From positions 73,410,001 through 73,474,000 of the forward strand of contig OZ076409.1 in assembly GCA_964187785.1 (NCBI GenBank): a DNA stretch of 64,000 nt, read 5' to 3'. A program made the translations under genes and the position numbers. Source of the DNA: Amphiscolops sp. MND2022 (taxonomy: Eukaryota). Numbering within the stretch: the stretch's first letter is position 1; each line of letters begins with the position of its first letter. Shown piece after piece: positions 56,001 through 64,000 of the stretch. The notes beneath the pieces are model-generated. The model saw only the letters and a program-made list of their open reading frames with translations, had not been told where the DNA came from and made no database searches.

Positions 56001-57360
56001 AAGTCCATTGAATCAGTGAGAGCAGAAATTGTATGTTCACTGCGTAGACATAACTGACTCTGACAGATACCGGAAGTAACCCCCCGTGACCGGAAGTTGT
56101 CATTTTTGACCGGAAATGGTCCAAAATAAAGCGTAAAATCAGTTTTTCACTGCTTTTTAAAGTCAACTTATTACTTTTTCAATCTTCGCGAGCTTGTATT
56201 CAGATTCGTTTGTGTTACCCGTGCACTTTGCAACGAATATACATCTGTAAAGTTTTCTCTATATTATAGTCTGATAGAGAAATAACGTGTTTTTGGGACT
56301 TTTTTCAAAATTATTAGACTATATCTGTCATTTTGACCCAACGTTATTCAACAGTACAACCACAGTGGTTAGTCTCTGCCCAAATATATGCCTAACAAAA
56401 CTATTTGGCCCATTGGCCTCAGTTTGAGCGTTCCAGCTTTGCGTGTTCATTAGCTAAGGGACTTGAAAAATTTTCAAACTTTTTCAAAAAAAATTTTTTC
56501 TCATATTTTTGTCTCCCAGAGTGAAGAAACTTTCACACAACTAGGATTGCTACTGGATGCATGTGGCAAGCCCTATAATTGAAGGGAAAAATTCCGCTTA
56601 GAACGTCTCTTTATCGTAACTTGACGTTAACGTATGGTGCTTTGAATGAGAGCTTGATAAGAGGTCGAGAAGTCAAAGTGTGTGAATGGAACGTATGTCT
56701 CGTCGCAAACTCATCGGAATACATGCAATGAACCCCAATTGTCCTGAATTGCAGTTGCCTACTGCAACAACGTTTTTCTGGTACATTTTACTCTTTTTCA
56801 TAAGTGTCAAAATTAGTTTTAAATTCAGTTAGCAAGAAACAATTGAGTACATTTTCATCTCTCCCCAGCGGGTGAGATGAGAATGTTCTTGCTAAATGCC
56901 AGGTACTACGGCCTCCTTTTGTTTTATTGCGATGCATTCTCTGCTTCAGCACATAGATATTTTATTTCGCTTGATTGTTTGTATACTCTCTGACTTGTTA
57001 TTATAAATTTCTCGTCATTACTTTACATAAATTTGCAACCATGAAACGGTATCGTCAACGCCACATACATTTAGACGCCACCATTCCGTAGGTATGTCGA
57101 GGCATACCTTTCGATTACGTATGTCAAAACGCAAACGCGATAAAAAATGCTGAAAGTCTGAAACAGTGACAAACAATTTTGACTATTTGACATATGGTAT
57201 GTTTTTATATGGAAGTTACGCATCACAGACATTTCACAACTTTCCAGCTGACGCCCACATACCAACATCAACGCCCACCGTCCGTGGGCATGCCGAGGCA
57301 TGCCCTTCGACGACGTATGCCAATTTCTATATATCTACACCCAATTGCGGTAGCAGCTAG
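53004..57360 (+). mobile_element. Two tandem ~2.18-kb units with a duplicated 3' module
   Basis: Spacings are 2178 and 2179. Each has the ETS-motif module, a diverged 1.28-kb-family module, a type B hairpin and two palindrome copies 196 bp apart. Confidence 0.6.
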
Positions 57361-58430
57361 GTGGTCAAGGGGGATGCCCATCAGAAAATATTGCGAGGCC
57401 GGGGAGGGTCCCGAGAGCCGAGCACATTCTATCAATTCCTACCTTCAGGATTGCGAAGTATTTTAACCGATCTCGAAATTCACCCGTAGGATTTGTCTGA
57501 AACTTTGCATGTGGCTTTATCTCAAAAATTTAAGAACTTTTTTCTGCTGACGTTTTTCCAGGAAAATTCATTTTGTAGGGTTTTTTTGCGTTTTTTTGGT
57601 TTTTTTCATCTTTTTTCATCTTTGATTAATCAATGACCGAATCAAAGGCCATTTTCACCATGAAGGAAAGCCCGTAGCGGCAAAGTGCACTTTTATGAAA
57701 ATCATCAACGGTCAACGGTCTTTCGAACGGTCCGAAAAAATTTCCCCCCGGGGGAAACCAAAGTGCCAAAAAGTGCCAAATATATTTTTTTGACTGAATC
57801 ACTTTGATCAAATTGATGATTTGAGCAGCCGGAACGGTCCGCACGGTCTCGGACAATAAGGTCAAAAATTGTCAGCATCCAATGGGGGTTCCAAAAATGT
57901 AATTCGTTCATTTGTAGGAGACATCAGAAAAAAGTTGATTTTTTGGGGTATATGTCATTATGAGTGATTGGATGAGAAATAATTGTATCACTTTCAGTTG
58001 GATATGATGCAGCACAGGAAGCAGCTGCAGCAAACTTGAAACTGATTATGGGGCTGGGGTTTACCCTCTGTATTGAGCAAAATAGCCCTAGGGCATAAGT
58101 TGTGCCAAAAAATGCCTCGAAGTGATGATTTGGTTATTGCAAATCGATCAGCAAAATTTATTGTCACCGGTGTTCCGAGAGTTGCGCAGCATCTCGCAGG
58201 AACAACGGTGCTTGCTTAGAAAGCAAAAAACCACAAAATCCCTTGAGTTAAGTTGACGGCAGTCACCATAGACATTCACTCGTCAGGGTGATGATATTTA
58301 TCGTTCAATCCCAGAATAACTTACAAAAAATTGCTAGCGTCAATATTTCTTTTTCATACTCCATTAGCAAAGGTTGCGCTGTTAAGTTTAGGCCTTTTAC
58401 TAGCAGTGCTCTAAATCGCTCCATCGCTAG
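57361..58430 (+). mobile_element. 1070-bp unit with conserved 5' end and unique interior
   Basis: Bounded by CTAGGTG at 57357 and 58427. It has GGGGAGGGTCC at 57401 and a GGATTTGTCTGAAACTTTGCATG box near 57490, but no palindrome and no type A/B hairpin. Confidence 0.55.
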
Positions 58431-59818
58431 GTGGTTGGGGCGGTCCCCAGAACGCACAAGGAGGCGCGGGGAGGGTCCTGCGCCGACGTAGAATAATTTC
58501 ATATAATACTAGTATCCTACATGGGTGTTTTAGAGGCGATTTTGGAATCTAACCGTAGGATTTGGATAATTTTTTGCATGCGGCCATAACTCGAAATTCT
58601 AAGAACTTTTTCCTACTGTCATTTTCCCCGCAAATTGTTTTTTGTTGACTCATGGCCGAAAAACCGGAAATAACGTCCTTTTTAGACGTTATATCCGAAG
58701 TGTCGTCATAACTTTTTTCCAGGGCATGCTAGCGTTCTCGTTCACTTTTACACTTAGTTGCAGCATCTCAAAATACAACTGGTGGAAAATTTTGGTTGCA
58801 TTCGGATCACCCCCCACCAAGTTAGAAGGGTTCCCCCCTCCAGTTTTACCCCCCAAATTTGCAAAATAGCCAAATTTGAGCATGAAGCCGAGGATTTAGC
58901 GTACCCGCACTCTCCTGATGTTTTGTTGTACGTATTGGGGTCAATCTGACGACATGTGTGGTTTTCACCCCCAACCCCCCCTTGGACCGGAAATGACACT
59001 TTTTTGTGTTTTTTGGCAGAATTTAGCCTTTTTCATTATTAGGCAGTCGTTTTAGGGACTCCTAGCAGGATATCGAAATTGAAATACAACCTGATCACAA
59101 CCCAGTGACAACATGTTGGCCACTTGGAGGTATCATCATGACCGGAAGTGGGGTCAACCCCCCTTTTTGTGACCGCTTTTTGACCTTGTGCACCAAAATG
59201 CCAACATCTTGAGGCCTAATGAGGCATTCAAATCTGTACAAAGATAAAATGTTAGACAACCGAAGCCCGGAAGATCTTTAGCATATACCGGAAGTTACCC
59301 CCTATGACCGGAAGTTACCCAATGTGACCGGAAATGGTCCAAAAATTATTGTAAAGTTGAATTTTTCACTATTTCAAAACCACTTAATTGAAACTTTTCA
59401 ATCTCAAAACTAGCGTACTGGCTTGTTTTGCTGAATTTATGGAAATTGATGAGCTCTATCGCCCCCGATAGCCTTCGAAGTTGACCTTGCGTCAACTTTG
59501 GAGGCTATCGATAAAGAAAAATGAACAACAAAGTACATTGTTGCTCTCGTTTTTCTCCCGTTGTTTTTCCTCAAACATTCTTGAGACATATACATGGCCG
59601 TTAGTTGAAATCAATATTCAGCCCATGTTATAGCTGGAGCAGCGAAGCGTTACACAGACTAGTGTGGTTTTGAAATCACACTATTTATATTAACAACTGA
59701 CCGTCTTAGTCAACTCCACACACTCATACCAACGCCCACCGTCTGTGGGCATGCCGAGGCATGCCCTTCGACGACGTATGACGAATCCATTCCAACGACA
59801 CCCGCAGTCCTCAGCTAG
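58431..59818 (+). mobile_element. 1388-bp unit with ACCGGAAR cluster and type A hairpin
   Basis: Diverged homologue of 43976-45366, with the hairpin at 59466-59510 and the palindrome at 59747. Confidence 0.6.
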
Positions 59819-62196
59819 GTGGTCGGGGCGCTCTCCCAACCTCTTCCGCCGCCTCGGGGAGGGTCCTGATTGGCGGCACCCCTTATGGAAAACTTACTGT
59901 TAGAAACGCACCAGTGTAATGCTGATTTCGAAAACCACCCGTACGATTTTGCTCAAATTTTGCATGTAGCTCCCAAATTCCAATACAAGAACTAATTCCT
60001 ACTGCCATTTTTCCGGGAAAACTCAAAAAGTTGGTCAAAAATGACATTTTCTGAGTGAAAAATGGCCATTTTTTGACTTTTTTATTTTTGATCGGCTATA
60101 ACTTTTTCCAGGGTGCTCGGATCGAAAAAAGTTTGTATAGGTAAAGTTGTTTGGCACTTCGAGTAGAACTCGTAGACAAATTTTGGTTGAGATCGGATGA
60201 AAATTGACTGAGAAATAACCGAAAAACCATCGATTTTTTGAAAAAAATTTTGACACACTAGTATGACTCTGCCGTTTTTCGGCCAAAGTTCTTTCTAGAA
60301 CCTCGTCTAAAGTCCTCCCCTGGCTGAATTACCTCCCAGCAAAACCATTTGGCCCATTTGCCGAAGTTTCAGCGTTCCAGCATTCCCCGGGTAAAAGATA
60401 AATGACTTAGAATTTTTACAAAAAAATTTCAAAAAAAAATTTTTTTTCTTCAAGCTTCCCAAAGTCAAGGAACTTCCACACAACTAGTATTGCAAGTGAA
60501 TGCATGTGGAAAGTGCTTGAATAGACGAGAAAAATGAGCTATAGAACGACTCTGTAGCTTAACCTGACGTTGACTTATGACAATTTGAGTGCGTGCTTGC
60601 TATGTGGCGAAATTGAGGAACAACCTAAAATGAAAGCTAAGTCTGATCTAAAACTTACCGAATTGCTTTTATTCAGCCCCAAAGCTGTTCAATTGCCGCT
60701 ATGTAGTGCAGCAACACTATCCAAGGCTTTTTAGGACGTTTTTAAGATGTCATTATGTTCTTTTTGGACAGTTTTTTTTGTACAAATAGGACTTTATTTT
60801 TCGGGACCTAACACTTTTTGCCAAAAAAGTCAAACTTCGTCCACACAACTTAGATTGCAAGTGAATGCATGCGGAGAGTGCATGAAGTGATGAGGAAAAT
60901 GAGCTATAGAACGCCCGTTTCCGACAACTTGACATGGACTTATAAGAGTTTGAAAAATCACAAAAAAAATGAACAACAATTCACTAACAGTGAGTTTGTA
61001 GTAAATGGCCCATATTTCCATACACAAGATTCTCAGCACAATTCTATACCTTTTCGTTTTTGTTGTCCGTGATTGTGCAAAAAATAAGTATTGGTAAAAG
61101 TTTCTGTAAAACATCGCCGGAAAGAGAAAAATGCGGAGTTTATGAGTAATTTTGTTTGAAAAATGACAAAATAGTCTATCTCTGCCGTTTCAGCACAAAT
61201 TTTTTAAAAAAAGACGCCCAGTAGGTAACCCATGGGCTAATTTCGTCTCAACAAAACGGTTGGGGTCATTTGCCGCAGTTTTAGCTTTATAGCATTCTCC
61301 GGGTAAAAGTTGTTGAACTTAGAAAATTTTTGAAATTTTTTCAAAATTTTTTTTAACTTCAGGCGGCCCAAAGTCAAGAAACTTCCACACAACTAGGATT
61401 GCAAGTAGATGCATGTGGAAAGCCCAGTAATTGGGGAGAAAAATGCCGTTTAGAACGTCTCTTTATCGTAACTTGATGTTGACTTATGATTCTTTAAATG
61501 GGAGCTTGATTTGAGGTTAAGAAGTCAAAGTGTGTAAATGGAACGTAAGTCTGGTCAAAAACTCATTGGAATACATGCAATGAACCTCAACTTATCCTCA
61601 ATTACAGTTGTCTAGTGCAAAGGTCTTTCAAAGTTGTTTCACTTCTTTTGATAAGTGTTGATGGTATAAACCATCAGTTATAGAGAAACACGTAAGTACA
61701 TTCTCATCTCTCCCCATCGGGGGAGATGAGAATGTACTCACCAAAGGTCAAAACTACTAAATGCCTTTTTTCTGTACCATTTTATGTCACTGTCGAAACA
61801 AACATAAACAAATTAGTTTCCGACTCCTCCTTGGGGTTTTGGTTTGACTTCTGTAAAAAAAAGGGTACGAGGACTTGGAGATCTTTTAAGTGTTCCAAAA
61901 GAGACCTCCTATTTCACACCGTGGAAAACTTGAAGACATTTGTCATGAAATCACCTACTAGGCTTCTCTCTGAGTACGCAAGTTCAATAAGTAACACATT
62001 TTATCTTCCATATTTGCTCCGATGACCAGGATTGGAAACTAAATTAACCCAAGGTACTTAGCCAAAACGAGCAATACCAACTTTTGATTGAAAACCTCAT
62101 CACAGTTTTTCTTTGAAAATTACCTTCATTGACTTCTCAATTTATCAACTCAATCTCCTTAAGCGGCCCTATTTTGACACAAGCCTGCAGCGCTAG
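59819..62196 (+). mobile_element. 2378-bp unit with a triplicated internal module and unique 3' end
   Basis: The CCACACAACT...TTGCAAGT..ATGCATG module occurs near 60476, 60841 and 61385. A type B hairpin lies near 61695-61739, and there is no palindrome before CTAG at 62193. Confidence 0.55.
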
Positions 62197-64000
62197 GTGC
62201 CCGGATTTCTATTCATTAAAGTATGTTGCGCGTGTGGGTAGGGCCCCGTGGCGCGCTCTTGTGTCCCTGTTCTCATAACTGCAATTTCCGGCAGCATTCT
62301 GAGCGATTTTCTAAACTATCCATACGATTCGGCTGAAATTTGGCACACGTACCCCCCTCGGCACGGTGAAGATGATTTCCTACTGACGTTTTTCCCGCAA
62401 AATTTTTTTGTTGTCCAAAATAACGGTTTTTGGGGTAAAATTTTGAACTTTTTTTAAATTTCATCTTATATCTCGCCACGGGTTTACGCTAGCGCTTCAA
62501 AACCCTGCTAAAGAAAGCTTGCAAACTGTCTCAGGAATGCGGTGTGAAATTTTCAGCACAATCGGACTTAAACTCGGGGAGATATAGCGTTTTTCCGGAG
62601 CGGGGGGGTTTCATTTTTCTAACGGTCCAGCTTATCTTAGCCATTTTTTCGAAAATGTACTCGCCTAAAGACCTCCCCTGGCCGGTTTTATTCCCAGCAA
62701 AACCATTTGGCCCTAAATACGGAGTTTCAGCGTTCCAGCATTCCCGGGCGAAAAGTTGTGGGACTTAGAAAATTTCAAAAATTTTCAAAAAAATTTTTTC
62801 CGTTTTCCGCCCTCCCCCCCGAGGGGAAAAGACCCCCCAACCAGTAATTTGAGTGAATTCATGTGGAAAGGCCATGTTTAGAGGAGAAAAATCCCGTTTA
62901 AATCGTCTTTTTATCTTTATTCAACGTTGACTTATGACGTTTTGAAGGTGATGTTTGGAGGTGTGAAGCCCGTGAAAAGTAAACGTTATGAGTATTTATC
63001 TGATCTGAAAGCCATTGAGATGAAACCTGTTTTGCTCAAAACGTAATTCATATCAGTTTGGTAGTCAATCAACACCCTTTGTTGTCATTTGACATCTTTT
63101 TTTGTTGATATAAGAAAAAATTTCGTGTATTTATTCATTTTTTTCTCATCAAATAACTTGAAACAGTTGAGTACATTCCATCCCCCCTTCACGGGGGAGA
63201 TGAGAATGTACTCGCAAAAAGCCCCAAACTACGGCCCTTACCTTCCCGAGCTACGCAGTATAAAGATTGCATATTGGTTCCGACATTTTGATAGAGTTAT
63301 ATCTTGGTAATCTGTCTGGATACGCAGAAAAACCAGCACGTGCTTTTTTTACCAAGTTGCTTACAACGACATTTATTTTATATCAACGCCCCCATCTTTA
63401 TCAACGCCCCCCGTCCGTGGGCATGCCGAGGCATGCCCTTCGACGACGCGCACCAAAATTTTCCCCGAGCGCGTTAGCCTAGGTGCCCGGATTTCTATTC
63501 ATTAAAGTATGTTGCGCGTGTGGGTAGGGCCCCTGGCGCGCTCTTGTGTCCCTGTTCTCATAACTGCAATTTCCGGCAGCATTCTGAGCGATTTTCTAAA
63601 CTATCCATACGATTCGGCTGAAATTTGGCACACGTACCCCCCTCGGCACGGTGAAGATGATTTCCTACTGACGTTTTTCCCGCAAAATTTTTTTTGTTGT
63701 CCAAAATAACGGTTTTTGGGGTAAAATTTTGAATTTTTTTTAAATTTTATCTTATATCTCGCCACGGGTTTACGCTAGCGCTTCAAAACCCTGCTAAAGA
63801 AAGCTTGCAAACTGTCTCAGGAATGCGGTGTGAAATTTTCAGCTCAATCGGACTCAAACTCGGGGAGATATAGCGTTTTTCCGGAGCGGGGGGGTTTCAT
63901 TTTTCTAACGGTCCAGCTTATCTTTGCCATTTTTTCGACAATGCACTCGCCTAAAGGCCTCCCCTGGCCGGTTTTATTCCCAGCAAAACCATTTGGCCCT
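62197..64000 (+). mobile_element. ~1.28-kb family units resume (one full, one partial)
   Basis: The body is nearly identical to the units at 25596 and 30750; spacing is 1286. Confidence 0.6.

Larger units (their letters stand above)
1..64000 (+). repeat. Heterogeneous head-to-tail tandem array of related non-coding units joined at CTAG^GTG
   Basis: CTAGGTG begins at 874, 2858, 4844, 9603, 11587, 16348, 18340, 20324, 22305, 24284, 25592, 26880, 28163, 29476, 30746, 32032, 33324, 34592, 35875, 37165, 38455, 39732, 41014, 42294, 43972, 45363, 46631, 47897, 49162, 50444, 51723, 53000, 55178, 57357, 58427, 59815, 62193 and 63479. All are in the same orientation, with shared flanking motifs. Confidence 0.95.

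Noticed and set aside
806..63485. CRISPR-like repeat/spacer pattern (palindromic constant repeat followed by a variable segment)
   Set aside because: Repeats are 1-5 kb apart, the variable tails are related to each other and recur, and there are no cas genes.
166..63709. Short ORFs in the six-frame track, including 45266-45841 (191 aa) and recurring peptides such as VGMPRHALRRR, GHAEACPSTTY and AKFQPNRMDS
   Set aside because: These are translations of the repeated DNA motifs in several frames and on both strands. Homologous units differ by frameshifts and stops, and I recognise no domain.
1..64000. Bacterial integron or autonomous transposon
   Set aside because: There is no integrase, transposase, Rep/helicase or reverse transcriptase ORF, the cassettes have no genes, and the hairpins lack attC RYYYAAC/GTTRRRY ends. 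The integron comparison is only an analogy.

Overview
I find no credible protein-coding gene, rRNA, tRNA or CRISPR array. The window is AT-rich, probably animal (inference), and consists entirely of a head-to-tail array of related non-coding units joined at an invariant CTAG^GTG heptamer. I located 38 junctions, from 874 to 63479. Units fall into discrete size classes (~1.07, ~1.28, ~1.39, 1.68, ~1.98, ~2.18, 2.38 and ~4.76 kb). Their interiors can be unrelated, but most share one layout: CTAGGTG, a GGGKWGGGYCC box at about +43, a CGATTTGGCTGAAATTTGGCA-like box, a modular A-tract-rich interior, a ~20-bp-stem hairpin (one of two unrelated sequences), CAACGCC repeats, the palindrome GGGCATGCCGAGGCATGCCC (a near-perfect p53-family response element), a variable tail often holding a short GC hairpin, and CTAG. 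Different unit families are interleaved and switch exactly at CTAG^GTG, and the hairpins show compensatory and G-T wobble substitutions. My best reading (inference) is a cassette-like array of non-autonomous rolling-circle (Helitron/HUH-like) or site-specifically recombining elements rather than a simple satellite. No mobilising enzyme is encoded in this window.
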